DNA of 64,000 nucleotides from Omnitrophica bacterium GWA2_41_15 (GTDB lineage Bacteria; Omnitrophota; Gorgyraeia; Gygaellales; UBA12090), in contig CAKKRH010000032.1 of the NCBI GenBank assembly GCA_919902675.1, positions 1,270 to 65,269 on the forward strand. Reading direction: 5' to 3'. Below are positions 8,584-18,155 of the stretch, piece after piece (position 1 is the first letter of the stretch; every line of letters begins with the position of its first letter). A program made the translations under genes and the position numbers. The notes beneath the pieces were generated by a model that saw only the letters and a program-made list of their open reading frames with translations, made no database searches and was not told where the DNA came from.

Positions 8584-11196
8584 TTATATCGCCTGACGGA
8601 TGATTTCCTTGAACTTCTCCAGGGCTTTATCCAGACCCGCGGGATTATCTCCTCCGGCCTGGGCCATGTTCGCCCGGCCTCCTCCGGAACCTTCAATTAA
8701 AAGGGCGGCTTCTTTAATTATTTTTGAAGCGTCCAGGCCCTTGTCTACTAAGTCAGCGGATAAGCTGACTGTCAGCCAGGCCTTTTGAGCTTGCGATGAA
8801 CCCAGGCAAAGGGCATAAGAAGAAACCCTGGATTTGATCAAATCGCTTAACTGGCGCAGTAGGCCTATATCCACATCCTGATACCGCGAGCAAATCAGGC
8901 TTGAACCTTTAATGACCTCAGACTTACCGGCCAATTCTACCGTATCGCGCTTAAACAGCTCCAGCCTTAAGCGGGAAAACTCCTTTTCTAAATTCCCTAA
9001 TTTTCTTAATTTATCCTCCAGTAAGGCTAAAACCTTATCCTCTGAAGATTGGGTTAAATCTATAAGCTTAGTAATAATTTCCTGGGCCTGCCTATAGGCC
9101 TCCCAGGCGGCCTTACCGGTTGAGGCCTCTATTCTACGCACCCCCTTAGCGATAGAACCTTCAGAAATTATCTTGAATAAACCGACCTGGGAGGAATTCT
9201 CCAGGTGGGTCCCTCCGCAAAGCTCTTTAGAAAAATCCTGAATATCCACCAGGCGCACTTTGTCCTCATATTTCTCATTAAACAAGGCAATAGCGCCTGA
9301 TTTCTTTGCCGTCTTCAGGCTCATCGCTCTTTGCGAAATTTCCAAACTTAACAAAATTTTCTCCTGGACTAAATCTTCAATCCGCTTCAGGTTTTGCGCG
9401 GATATTTTATCGGAATGAATAAAGTCGAAACGCAAACGATCAGGCTCAACTAAAGAGCCGGCCTGCTGGATATGAAAACCGAGAACCTGCCGAAGTGATG
9501 CCTGTAAAAGATGGGTCGCGGTATGGGCCCGGGCGATTGCCTTTCGCCTGGAGGAATCAACCTGACAATTAACCAAATCAGCGCTTTTTAGTTTCCCCGC
9601 GCTCAAGGTGCCGCGATGCAGATACACCTTTCCTTCTTTTTGGGTATCCTCTACCTCAAAAACGCTGTTTCCTTTTATGATTCTGCCTTGATCGCCGACC
9701 TGCCCTCCGGACTCCGCGTAAAAAGGGGTTTTATCCAAAACAATCTCGCAGGGTTCTCCCCGGCCAACCGACCGGACCACTTCACCATCCTTAATTATCT
9801 TTAAAATCCCGGCTTCTTTCAGAGAAAGCTTTTGATAGCCTGAAAATTTTGTTTCTTCCAATTTGGAAATCAAGGCGCTTGCGGTAAAAATCCCCCGGCT
9901 GATTTTACTGGATTTTTTGGAACGTTCTTTCTGTTTTTCTAAATCCTGATTAAATTCTGCTTCATTAATTTCAAAGCTATTCTCTTTTGCCCAGGCTTTG
10001 GTAATTTCAAAAGGTATGCCGTAAGTATCATAAAGCTTAAAAGCGGTATGCCCGCTAGACTCAAGGCCGGATGAAGCATCCTTAAATTCATTTTTCAAAA
10101 TCCTCGGGGCATCTTTTAAAACCGAGATAAAATTCTTCTCCTCAGTATTTATAACCTCGGCAATATTTTTTGCTTTAGCCTTTAACTCCGGATAAACCCC
10201 AAAGAAAATATCCGCCACAATCGGAGTTAGTTTATACAGAAACGGCTCTTTTATTCCCAGGGTATGTCCGTGAAACCCGGATTTACGGATAAGTTTACGG
10301 ACCACATATCCTCTTTCTTCATTAGAAGGAATGACCCCGTCGTAAATAGCGAAAACAATCGCTCGAATGTGGTCAGCGATGGCATTGATCAGCGGATAGC
10401 GGATAGCGGATAGCGGATAGCTAAGAATGGCTTTAATTATGGGCTTGAAGATATCAATTTCAAAGTTGCTTTTGACTCCCTGCAGGACTGAGGCCATTCG
10501 CTCTAAACCCATACCGGTATCTATGTTCTTATTGGGAAGCGGCTCTAGGACTCCTTTGGCAAGGCGGTTAAACTGGGTAAAGACCAGATTCCAAATCTCC
10601 ACAAACCGGCCGCAGGAGCAAGCCGGACCACAATCCGGCTTTCTACAGCCGGCATCAAGCCCATAATCGAAAAAAATCTCCGAGCACGGGCCGCACGGCC
10701 CGTTGGGGCCGTCTTCAATGGCATTAGCCGGCCAGAAATTATCTTTGGCTCCTAAGCGAACAATCCTCTCCTTGGGAAAATTGACCTTTTTGCTCCAAAT
10801 AGCGCGGGCCTCGGCATCATCCTGATACACCGAAACCCAGAGCACTTCAGGCTTAAGCTTTAACTCTTCGGTCAGAAATTCCCAGGCCCAGAGAATTGCC
10901 TCTTCTTTAAAGTAGGAGCCAAAAGAAAAATTACCCAGCATTTCAAAGAAAGTATGGTGACATGCGGTTACCCCCACCTTATCCAGGTCATCGGTTCTCA
11001 AACAACGTTGACAGCTGACTGCCCGGTTAAAATCTGAAACCTGCCCCATAAATTCATTCTTGAATTGGGCCATCCCAGCGGAAGTAAAAAGCACCGTAGG
11101 GTCATCCACGGGAACAAGCGAAGCTGAAGGTATAAGCTTATGCGCTCTTTTGGCGAAAAAATCAAGATATCTTTTACGTAATATATCCGTATTCAT
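8584..11196 (-). CDS. alaS: Alanine--tRNA ligase
   Basis: 870 aa with a class II core (FTSAGM, GNFSFGSYFK), an editing domain (HTATHLL...CGGTH) and a C-terminal DHHA1-like region (GGGRANMAQAGG). Confidence 0.95.
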   Translation of the reverse strand: MNTDILRKRYLDFFAKRAHKLIPSASLVPVDDPTVLFTSAGMAQFKNEFMGQVSDFNRAVSCQRCLRTDDLDKVGVTACHHTFFEMLGNFSFGSYFKEEAILWAWEFLTEELKLKPEVLWVSVYQDDAEARAIWSKKVNFPKERIVRLGAKDNFWPANAIEDGPNGPCGPCSEIFFDYGLDAGCRKPDCGPACSCGRFVEIWNLVFTQFNRLAKGVLEPLPNKNIDTGMGLERMASVLQGVKSNFEIDIFKPIIKAILSYPLSAIRYPLINAIADHIRAIVFAIYDGVIPSNEERGYVVRKLIRKSGFHGHTLGIKEPFLYKLTPIVADIFFGVYPELKAKAKNIAEVINTEEKNFISVLKDAPRILKNEFKDASSGLESSGHTAFKLYDTYGIPFEITKAWAKENSFEINEAEFNQDLEKQKERSKKSSKISRGIFTASALISKLEETKFSGYQKLSLKEAGILKIIKDGEVVRSVGRGEPCEIVLDKTPFYAESGGQVGDQGRIIKGNSVFEVEDTQKEGKVYLHRGTLSAGKLKSADLVNCQVDSSRRKAIARAHTATHLLQASLRQVLGFHIQQAGSLVEPDRLRFDFIHSDKISAQNLKRIEDLVQEKILLSLEISQRAMSLKTAKKSGAIALFNEKYEDKVRLVDIQDFSKELCGGTHLENSSQVGLFKIISEGSIAKGVRRIEASTGKAAWEAYRQAQEIITKLIDLTQSSEDKVLALLEDKLRKLGNLEKEFSRLRLELFKRDTVELAGKSEVIKGSSLICSRYQDVDIGLLRQLSDLIKSRVSSYALCLGSSQAQKAWLTVSLSADLVDKGLDASKIIKEAALLIEGSGGGRANMAQAGGDNPAGLDKALEKFKEIIRQAI
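10392..10421. repeat. Heptamer array (GCGGATA x4.3) inside the alaS CDS (in frame)
   Basis: The sequence reads gcggata gcggata gcggata gcggata gc. It encodes LSYPLSAIRYPLI just before the conserved IADHIR motif. Confidence 0.85.
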
Positions 11197-11317
11197 CTGT
11201 AATTAATGACCCCAGACTTTGTAAACGTCAAACAAGGAATTTTGGATCGCTATTCATTTATCTCTCTTAACCTAAACCTGAGCCTTAACCTTTACAATTA
11301 AAATAAGGGGCGTTTGA

Positions 11318-11836
11318 TTAAATCTCCGGCATATCCATCACCTTGGCTATGGTTTCGCGGGAAAAGCCGCGGCGGGTGAGATAGCCGTATAATTTGGGCT
11401 TAATTTTCTCAGCCGGCTCTTTTCTTTCTTTAAGTTTATTAAACTGCCTTTGGGTTAATTCCCGCGCCAGGCAGACCTCATTAACCTCTTTTTTCTTTAA
11501 ACTAATCAGCTCCCGAATAAGCTCGTCAGATACCCCTTTTAATTCAAGCTCCCGCTGAATTGCCTTGAAGCCCAACGGCTTACTCAGGCGGCCTTCTATC
11601 CAGAAATTAGCGAATTCCCGGTCATTAATATAGCCGTTTTCTTTAAAATATCTTACTAACTCATCAATCAGCGCGGCTTCAAAATTTTTAAACTTAAGCT
11701 TACCCCGAAGCTCCAATTCAGAGCGCGGCCTTAGCTTCAGCAGGCGCCAGACATAATTACGCCCGGATGATTTATCCCGCGCTTTCTTACCACAGCCCAC
11801 AGCAAACCGCTCCCTGGCGCAAACAGACCGAGTCAT
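11318..11836 (-). CDS. recX: RecA regulator RecX
   Basis: YVWRLLKLRPRSELELRGKL...ELVRYFKENGYINDREFA, three-helix-repeat style. It lies between htrA and alaS, near the usual recA-recX-alaS neighbourhood. The start codon is uncertain. Confidence 0.75.
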   Translation of the reverse strand: MTRSVCARERFAVGCGKKARDKSSGRNYVWRLLKLRPRSELELRGKLKFKNFEAALIDELVRYFKENGYINDREFANFWIEGRLSKPLGFKAIQRELELKGVSDELIRELISLKKKEVNEVCLARELTQRQFNKLKERKEPAEKIKPKLYGYLTRRGFSRETIAKVMDMPEI

Positions 11837-11964
11837 AATTGCTTTTTCTCTTACGGCTGAGGCGGGGTTTTCCAGCCACGCCTCGTCGAGAGCGAGACAA
11901 GAATGTCCCGCCTATCCGTAAAAAAATGCTCATTTGGCACAGTCTGAGAGTGCGGGATAAATCC

Positions 11965-13449
11965 CTATTCACTCTTAATCACAAAGAAACCCCGGACAGT
12001 GCGCACCAAACAATCGCCTTTGGCGGCCTGAATTACCTTTTTGTAGGTAATAATATTGTCAATATAAATCCGGTTAATTTCCAAAATCACATCTCCGGAG
12101 ACTATTCCTGCCTCTTCAGCCGGACTATCCGGCTGAACATCCACAACCGCTGCCCGGGCGTAATCGCCTAAGCGCGATTTCCCGGCTGAATCCGGAGTAA
12201 TCGCCTCAACCTTAATCCCTCTCCAATAATCTGACGACGTTTCGCGGGCGGCAGGTTTACCCGCCTCGTCAATATTTTCAGGCCGGCTGCCGATAACCGC
12301 GTTTAAAGATAAAGGTTTTTTGTCTCTGAGCATGTCCAGTTTAATTTTGTTTCCCGGCTCGCTGTTTCCCACTATTTTAAGCAGGACATTGGCATTATTT
12401 GTCTCTTTTGCGTCAAGCTTCAAGATGATATCGCCATTCTTTATTCCCGCCTTGGCGGCCGGACTGTCCTCTAAAACCTGAGAGACCAAAACCCCTTTTT
12501 TATCGGCCAAGCCAAAATAAGCGGCTAATTTATCGTCTAAATTCTGGATGCTGATTCCCAGCCACCCGTAAATAACCTTTTTCCCCTCAATAAGCCTCAA
12601 GACAATCCGCTTGGCGGAATTAGAAGGCACGGCAAAACCAACTCCCTGATATCCTCCGCTGGTAGAGAATATAGCCACATTTATTCCGACTATCTCGCCT
12701 TTTAGATTAACCAGCGGACCGCCGGAATTACCCGGATTTATCGCGGCATCGGTCTGGATCAGGTCGCCATAATCCCTGTCTGATGAAATCCTGCCTAAAG
12801 AGCGATGCAAAGCGCTGACCACGCCCGCGGTTACCGTGGGCTCGGGATTATGGATAGCAAAACCAAAAGGATTGCCTATGGCCACCACCCACTGCCCGAT
12901 CCTCAAGTTGTCAGAATCCCCTAATCTTACCGCGGGGAAATTACCGCCTTCAATCTTAATCACCGCTAAATCCGAGCGCTTGTCCACTCCCTTAATCTCA
13001 GCCTTAAATTCCCGGCCGTCAGGTAAAGTAACCGTGATTTTATCCGCTTCAGCCACCACGTGTTCATTGGTCAGGATATAACCTCGCGCGTCAATAATCA
13101 CCCCTGAGCCCAAACCCAGCTGTTTATATTCCCTCTGAGGAAGCTCACCGAAAAAATCTTCAAAAAATCTGCGGAAAAACTCATCTTCTAACTGACCTCC
13201 GTCTTGAGGACCGCCAAATTGATAGCGGCGCGCGGACGAAGCCCCAACCTTTTCCGTATGCTCAATGCTGATGGATACTACGGCCTTACCTACCGTCTCC
13301 GCCACCAGCTCCACCGCCTTCTCAAAGCTATCCGGATATCCCCCTTCTTGGGCATACGCGCTGTAAAACACGGGGCTCAAAATCCCACCCACAATCACAC
13401 CGGCAATCAAACCCGAAACGATAAGTAGATATCGTATTTTATTTCGCAT
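11965..13449 (-). CDS. htrA: HtrA/DegP-family periplasmic serine protease with two PDZ domains
   Basis: 494 aa with an N-terminal TM/signal, catalytic TNEHV..D..GNSGGPL, and two PDZ-like segments. Confidence 0.9.
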   Translation of the reverse strand: MRNKIRYLLIVSGLIAGVIVGGILSPVFYSAYAQEGGYPDSFEKAVELVAETVGKAVVSISIEHTEKVGASSARRYQFGGPQDGGQLEDEFFRRFFEDFFGELPQREYKQLGLGSGVIIDARGYILTNEHVVAEADKITVTLPDGREFKAEIKGVDKRSDLAVIKIEGGNFPAVRLGDSDNLRIGQWVVAIGNPFGFAIHNPEPTVTAGVVSALHRSLGRISSDRDYGDLIQTDAAINPGNSGGPLVNLKGEIVGINVAIFSTSGGYQGVGFAVPSNSAKRIVLRLIEGKKVIYGWLGISIQNLDDKLAAYFGLADKKGVLVSQVLEDSPAAKAGIKNGDIILKLDAKETNNANVLLKIVGNSEPGNKIKLDMLRDKKPLSLNAVIGSRPENIDEAGKPAARETSSDYWRGIKVEAITPDSAGKSRLGDYARAAVVDVQPDSPAEEAGIVSGDVILEINRIYIDNIITYKKVIQAAKGDCLVRTVRGFFVIKSE

Positions 13450-13515
13450 TTTTTGCTTCTGTTTTCAAAACCACCTCTTCACTCATAACTTATCACTTAT
13501 AACTTCTCCCCACAT

Positions 13516-14568
13516 CTATTCTTTAAGCTTAGCCGTAGCCTGCTTACGAACTTTATCTTCTAATTCATTAAGCATCTTAGGGCTGTTTTTGAGAAACTGG
13601 ATTGCCTGGTCTCTTCCCTGGCCTATTTTCTCGTTGTTGTAAGCAAACCAACTTCCGGACTTTTGCAAAATACCCATTTCCGAAGCGGTATCCACGATAC
13701 TTCCCGCCCGGGAAATACCTTCGGCAAAGAGAATTTCAAACTCCGCCTCCCTGAAAGGAGCGGCTACTTTATTTTTTACCACCTTCGCCTTAACCCGGTT
13801 ACCAATAATCGTTTCCCCGGATTTAATCTGTTCTTTCCTTCTTAAATCCAGGCGGACCGAAGAATAAAATTTCAAGGCCCTTCCTCCGGGAGTAGTTTCA
13901 GGATTACCAAACATAACCCCGATCTTTTCGCGCAGCTGATTAATAAAAATAATACAGGTCTTGGATTTACTGATAGCGCCGGTAAGCTTTCTTAAGGCCT
14001 GAGACATCAGCCTGGCCTGCAGGCCCATATGACTGTCTCCCATTTCCCCTTCAATCTCCGCCCGGGGGGTAAGGGCGGCTACTGAATCTATCACCACCAC
14101 ATCCACGGCATTGGAGCGCACCAGGGTCTCCGCGATCTCTAAAGCCTGTTCGCCGGTATCCGGTTGAGAGATAAGCAGCTCATCCAGGTTAACCCCAACC
14201 TTTTTGGCATAGGTAGAATCAAAGGCATGCTCGGCATCAATAAAAGCCGCCACCCCCTTAGTCTTCTGGACCTGGGCAATCACGCTTAAGGTAAGGGTGG
14301 TTTTACCGGATGATTCCGGGCCAAAAATCTCAACCACCCTTCCCCGGGGAAGCCCGCCTATACCCAAAGCCAAATCTAAAGAAAGCGCGCCTGTGGGGAT
14401 TGCCGCGACATCCACCTTTATATCGCTGGAAAGCTTCATAATTGAGCCCTTGCCAAACTGCTTTTCTATATGGGCCACGGCCAATTCTAGGGCCTTTTGA
14501 CGGTTAAGATCATCTTCTTTTTTAACTATTGGTGCTGTCTCCGCGACAGCCTTTTTATCCTGCGCCAT
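13516..14568 (-). CDS. recA: Recombinase RecA
   Basis: 350 aa: [37 protein letters not shown]. Confidence 0.97.
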   Translation of the reverse strand: MAQDKKAVAETAPIVKKEDDLNRQKALELAVAHIEKQFGKGSIMKLSSDIKVDVAAIPTGALSLDLALGIGGLPRGRVVEIFGPESSGKTTLTLSVIAQVQKTKGVAAFIDAEHAFDSTYAKKVGVNLDELLISQPDTGEQALEIAETLVRSNAVDVVVIDSVAALTPRAEIEGEMGDSHMGLQARLMSQALRKLTGAISKSKTCIIFINQLREKIGVMFGNPETTPGGRALKFYSSVRLDLRRKEQIKSGETIIGNRVKAKVVKNKVAAPFREAEFEILFAEGISRAGSIVDTASEMGILQKSGSWFAYNNEKIGQGRDQAIQFLKNSPKMLNELEDKVRKQATAKLKE

Positions 14569-14609
14569 AATAACGCCTCCTATTGTTAAATTTTTAAATG
14601 AAAAAGTTG

Positions 14610-14642
14610 AGGTTTAGGTTGAGACAAACTCAACCTAAACCT
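14610..14642. repeat. 14-bp perfect-stem hairpin (AGGTT words) within the predicted recA 5' UTR
   Basis: aggtttaggttgag (14610-14623) is the reverse complement of ctcaacctaaacct (14629-14642). It lies between the predicted recA promoter and the recA ATG. Confidence 0.8.
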
Positions 14643-14689
14643 TGACCTTAACCTTTATGATTAGTTTCCACTAAAAAAGTGTGGAAATT

Positions 14690-14718
14690 ATTATAACTTA
14701 GCAGACTGCTTAAGTCAA
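14690..14718 (-). promoter_or_regulatory. Predicted sigma70-type recA promoter (TTGACT-17 nt-TATAAT)
   Basis: On the minus strand, TTGACT (14718-14713) is followed by a 17-nt spacer taagcagtctgctaagt and TATAAT (14695-14690). This is about 120 nt upstream of the recA ATG. The spacer contains the palindrome AGCAG-N-CTGCT (14700-14710). Confidence 0.6.
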
Positions 14719-14727
14719 GCTTGACTT
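14712..14727. promoter_or_regulatory. Perfect 16-bp palindrome AAGTCAAGCTTGACTT forming back-to-back -35 boxes
   Basis: The sequence is self-complementary as read. It gives TTGACT on both strands, for recA on the minus strand and the GGDEF gene on the plus strand. Confidence 0.6.
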
Positions 14728-14749
14728 TTCCGGCGCTCTGTGTTAAATT
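14721..14749 (+). promoter_or_regulatory. Candidate promoter for the GAF-GGDEF gene (TTGACT-17 nt-TAAATT)
   Basis: TTGACT at 14721-14726, a 17-nt spacer, and TAAATT at 14744-14749. A hairpin gttgaaaaat/atttttcaac (14756-14778) follows in the 5' UTR. Confidence 0.4.
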
Positions 14750-14883
14750 GAAATTGTTGAAAAATCTTATTTTTCAACAATTTCATCCTGAGGAGGGACC
14801 TAAGTCCCGACGAAGGATCTCATACAGATATCTTTCAAGATAAGAGTTTTTAGGGATCTTATAACGGCCTCAAATTTCCTAAT

Positions 14884-16053
14884 ATGGATACGGACAAACC
14901 CAGGGATACCCAAGAGGAATTACAAAAGGTGCGCGGAGAGCTTTCCTTGCTTTATGAAATCTCCAATGCTATGCGCACTACCCTGAAATTAGATGAAATC
15001 CTCTATATTATCCTTACCGCGGTAACTGCCCATGTGGGCTTGGGCTTTAACCGGGCAATGCTTTTTTTAGTAAACGAAAAAGACGGTGTTTTAGAGGGAA
15101 AAATGGGTATCGGCCCGGATAGCGGCGAAGAGGCTAATCGCATCTGGACCTACCTAGAAAAGGAGAAAACAAATCTTGATAATTTAATCAGCAACTATAA
15201 AGTTTCGGGACATCTCGCTCACAGCCAATTTGACCAGATTGTGAAAGGCATCCGGCTTCCACTCAAAGAAGAAGAGGGCGGCATACTGGCAATGACCCTG
15301 CTTGACGGGATGCCCCTGCATATCACCCAGGAAACCATCCACACCCGTAAGCAAGACACCTTAATTAACATCCTCCGTCCAGAGGAATTCGTAACCGTTC
15401 CCCTCAAAGCCAAAGACAAGATTATCGGGGTCCTTTTCGCGGATAACCCCTATACCCATAAACCAATCACTAAAGACAATATCCGCATCCTGACTATGTT
15501 TGCCAACCAGGCCGGCCTGGCCATTGAAAATTCCAAGCTCTACGAACAAACCCTGATCAAAAGCCATACCGACTCCCTCACCTCGCTCTGGAATCACGGA
15601 TATTTTCAGTCCCGCCTGCAGGAAGAGATAAGCCTGGCTCAGAAAAATAAACAAAATTTAAGTATTATAATGGCTGATTTGGATAATTTTAAGGTCTACA
15701 ACGATACCTTGGGACACCAGGAAGGAGATCAGATACTTATTCAGATAGCCAGAATATTGAATGGCTCAGCGAGAAAACAAGATACGATTTACCGTTACGG
15801 AGGAGAAGAATTCGCGGTACTGCTACTTCAGACCACTAAACAGGAAGCCAGCGTTATTGCCGAGAAAATAAGGATATCTGTAGAGCAAAGCGATTTCCGC
15901 AGGCAAGAAATATTTCCCAACCGAAAACTTACCGTAAGCTTAGGAGTAGCCGCCTGCCCTGGAGACGGCGCGAGCAAAGATTCGCTTCTTGAATACGCCG
16001 ATAAAGCCCTCTACAGCGCTAAACACCAAGGCAAAAACCGCGTCTGCGGTTAA
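14884..16053 (+). CDS. GAF domain-containing diguanylate cyclase
   Basis: 389 aa with an N-terminal GAF-like region and a C-terminal GGDEF domain. It has an RKQD I-site five residues before the RYGGEEF active site. One of only two plus-strand genes. Confidence 0.88.
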   Translation: MDTDKPRDTQEELQKVRGELSLLYEISNAMRTTLKLDEILYIILTAVTAHVGLGFNRAMLFLVNEKDGVLEGKMGIGPDSGEEANRIWTYLEKEKTNLDNLISNYKVSGHLAHSQFDQIVKGIRLPLKEEEGGILAMTLLDGMPLHITQETIHTRKQDTLINILRPEEFVTVPLKAKDKIIGVLFADNPYTHKPITKDNIRILTMFANQAGLAIENSKLYEQTLIKSHTDSLTSLWNHGYFQSRLQEEISLAQKNKQNLSIIMADLDNFKVYNDTLGHQEGDQILIQIARILNGSARKQDTIYRYGGEEFAVLLLQTTKQEASVIAEKIRISVEQSDFRRQEIFPNRKLTVSLGVAACPGDGASKDSLLEYADKALYSAKHQGKNRVCG

Positions 16054-16103
16054 GACACAAAAAGCTCTTTTACCGCGTTATAGATTATTTTCTCGGGGAT
16101 ATT
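16050..16103. repeat. 54-bp direct repeat, left copy (duplicate of the aroB 3' end)
   Basis: ttaagacacaaaaagctcttttaccgcgttatagattattttctcggggatatt is identical to 18254-18307. It contains the GGDEF gene stop codon (16051-16053). Confidence 0.95.
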
Positions 16104-16228
16104 ATCAGCACAACCCAACACCCTTGTATCTGCGTATTATAAGCACTTGCCTTCGTCACCCCTGCGCTTCGCCCTGCCCGCCTACGGTGAGGTCTCGCCT
16201 TCGGCGGACGGGTTAACATAATACGACC

Positions 16229-16513
16229 TTAAACAAATTCAACCTTTAAATGCTTATTCAACGCCCGCGCCAGCTTTATTAATGTCCCTAAAGAATAACT
16301 TCTGTTGTGAATATCCTCTAACCGGGACACTGTTTGTTGGGTAGTGTGTAAGCGCTTAGCTAATTCCCGTTGAGTTAATCCTTCCTTTTGTCTAATCTTA
16401 GCGGTTTGAATAGCTAAAGAAGCGTAAGTCTCTTCTTCATCAAACGCTTTTTTAAATTCTGGGTTTTTCAGATCTTCCCTTAGCTTGTCTCTAAATTTTC
16501 TTAGGCCTCTCAT
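16229..16513 (-). CDS. XRE-family HTH antitoxin (HigA-like)
   Basis: 94 aa with HTH segment GLTQRELAKRLHTTQQTVSRLE. It overlaps the upstream toxin gene by 4 nt. Paralog at 63326-63619. Confidence 0.8.
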   Translation of the reverse strand: MRGLRKFRDKLREDLKNPEFKKAFDEEETYASLAIQTAKIRQKEGLTQRELAKRLHTTQQTVSRLEDIHNRSYSLGTLIKLARALNKHLKVEFV

Positions 16514-16869
16514 AACTCAATTTCACCCCCTTTATATCTTTGAAAAAAATCTCCCATTATTCGTTCTGCCCTTTCAATCTCTCCCGCGGGAACCTTATCG
16601 GTTTTTTTTAAAAAGCCGTGTGTGAGAATAATCTTCTTACCAAAGAAAAAATATAAAAACCGATAATGGTTTGAGCCAAAAACAACTCTAAGCTCCCGGA
16701 TCTTCCCCCTAACAACATCCGCGAATGGCCTGGTCAAATTCGGCCCTTCTTCCTCGAGTTTTTCTATCCACTTCTCTATCTTGGCGCGTATCTTAATGGG
16801 TAAATTATCTAAAAACTCGTCCGCGGGACAATTCCCTCTGCTATCTTCATAAGACAATACTTCATACAT
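16510..16869 (-). CDS. Gp49/HigB-like toxin (RelE/ParE superfamily)
   Basis: 119 aa: ...IRELRVVFGSNHYRFLYFFFGKKIILTHGFLKKTDKVPAGEIERA. The toxin-first gene order is typical of HigBA. Paralog at 63626-63988. Confidence 0.75.
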   Translation of the reverse strand: MYEVLSYEDSRGNCPADEFLDNLPIKIRAKIEKWIEKLEEEGPNLTRPFADVVRGKIRELRVVFGSNHYRFLYFFFGKKIILTHGFLKKTDKVPAGEIERAERIMGDFFQRYKGGEIEL

Positions 16870-16888
16870 ATATTAGTCCCTCATTTAT

Positions 16889-16917
16889 AATTTACACTAT
16901 TTTTAATGTATTGTCAA
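16889..16917 (-). promoter_or_regulatory. Predicted TA promoter (TTGACA-17 nt-TAAATT)
   Basis: On the minus strand, TTGACA (16917-16912) is followed by a 17-nt spacer and TAAATT (16894-16889). A GAGGGA RBS then precedes the toxin ATG at 16869. Confidence 0.6.
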
Positions 16918-17016
16918 GAAAATCTTTGAAATTATCTCGTTTTGTAATAAGCATGAATAGCGGCTTGGAGGAAATTATTTTGCTCTAAAGCATAAAGATT
17001 CTGCGTAATTTGGGCA

Positions 17017-17057
17017 TAAAAAATACTGCGTAGTACGCAATACATACTACGCAGTAT
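17017..17057 (-). terminator. Rho-independent terminator downstream of the lipoprotein pseudogene
   Basis: On the minus strand, a 13-bp stem atactgcgtagta/tactacgcagtat with a 9-nt loop is followed by TTTTTT. Coordinates are good to about +/-2 nt. Confidence 0.7.
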
Positions 17058-17174
17058 AGCACAATTAAATTTAGCTACAATATCCTTTGCTTATTTTACG
17101 CACTCCCGATACACACCCCTGTCGCTGTCAAAAAATAGAATCCTCCCCTTTTTTCTATCGGACTCCGGCAACTA

Positions 17175-17673
17175 TTAATTAATTTTAACTAAATATTTCC
17201 TAAGATGTTCGGGAACTTGACCCAATGTCATAATTTTCAATGTCGGTTGCTCTGTATTCAGGGCTAATTTTTGGGAAAGATTCGCGGTAACATCAGGTTG
17301 TAATTTATACATTTTACCTGATATTGGGTCAACGATTAGCAAACCAATCAGACCACCAAAAAGAATGTTACCAAAATACCAGCCGCTTAAAGTTGCTTTA
17401 ACTGTAGTATATTGTTCAGTATATCCAGGTTTTGAGAAAGTGATACTGTAGGTCTTTTGCGTGAAAATAAGACTGGCCGGCGGCCAACGAGACAGTAGTT
17501 GGCGTTGTTCCTGAAAACATCTTTTTCCCGCTTTCATCTACAATAACAATATTTGCTCCATCCGGATTACTATTAATCGTCAGCGGAAACACATCTTTAC
17601 CTACGATCGTGGCACATCCAGTCAAAAATAACACAGGCAACACTAAAGCTGGGATCATCAATTTTACTCTCAT
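17175..17673 (-). pseudogene. PEGA-like lipoprotein gene split by a frameshift
   Basis: ORF 17416-17673 has a signal peptide with lipobox LTGC and a PEGA-like PLTINSNPDGANIVIVDESGKKMFSGTTPTTVSL. ORF 17175-17537 continues KTYSITFSKPGYTEQYTTVKATLSGWYFGNILFGGLIGLLIVDP in another frame. The junction lies near 17452-17475. Confidence 0.65.
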
Positions 17674-17880
17674 TTTTCATATCCCCCTTTTCCTTTAAAT
17701 TAGAATTTTACTGCTAATATCTTTTTCGTCTCTTCCTCCCCTGGAGTTACAATTTTTGTTCGTCTTTGTTTTTAATTAACTACCCACCGCCTCCTTTCTC
17801 TATTTAAGAGACGTTTAGTTCTTATTAATTCGGTAATTTTTAACCTAAGGCTACAATCATTTGTTAACGCAAACAATGTA

Positions 17881-17900
17881 ACACCGTATATATGCGGTGT
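17881..17900. promoter_or_regulatory. Inverted repeat ACACCG-N8-CGGTGT upstream of the XRE regulator gene
   Basis: acaccgtatatatgcggtgt lies about 30 nt upstream of the 17928 start. It is a candidate operator in the divergent promoter region. Confidence 0.35.
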
Positions 17901-17927
17901 CAAGAGAAATAAAGATATGGGACAATA

Positions 17928-18155
17928 TTGCCTGTTATGAGTAAAAATATTAGGTTTGAACTTGGACTAAAGATAAGACAACTAAGGAAGAAATATAACT
18001 ACACGCAGGAAAAACTATCTGAATTAGCCGAAGTAGATTATAAACATATCCAATTATTAGAAAGCAGAAAACCTCCCGCTATAAAGATTGACACCTTAGA
18101 GAAAATAGCCAAAGCCTTTAATATATCTGCCTCTAAGCTTCTGGACTTCAGTTGA
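17928..18155 (+). CDS. XRE-family HTH transcriptional regulator
   Basis: 75 aa: YTQEKLSELAEVDYKHIQLLE. The start is TTG at 17928 or ATG at 17937. Confidence 0.75.
   Translation: MPVMSKNIRFELGLKIRQLRKKYNYTQEKLSELAEVDYKHIQLLESRKPPAIKIDTLEKIAKAFNISASKLLDFS

Noticed and set aside
11787-12171. ORFs 11787-11972 (-) and 11839-12171 (+) between recX and htrA
   Set aside because: They overlap the htrA 3' end and the recX 5' region, are Arg-rich and have no motifs. They are treated as spurious.
15989-16216. 75-aa plus-strand ORF spanning the left direct repeat and island edge
   Set aside because: It overlaps the GGDEF gene 3' end in another frame and is Pro/Arg-rich. The underlying GC-rich stretch (about 16140-16215) has small hairpins, but I could not match it to any RNA family or group II intron domain.
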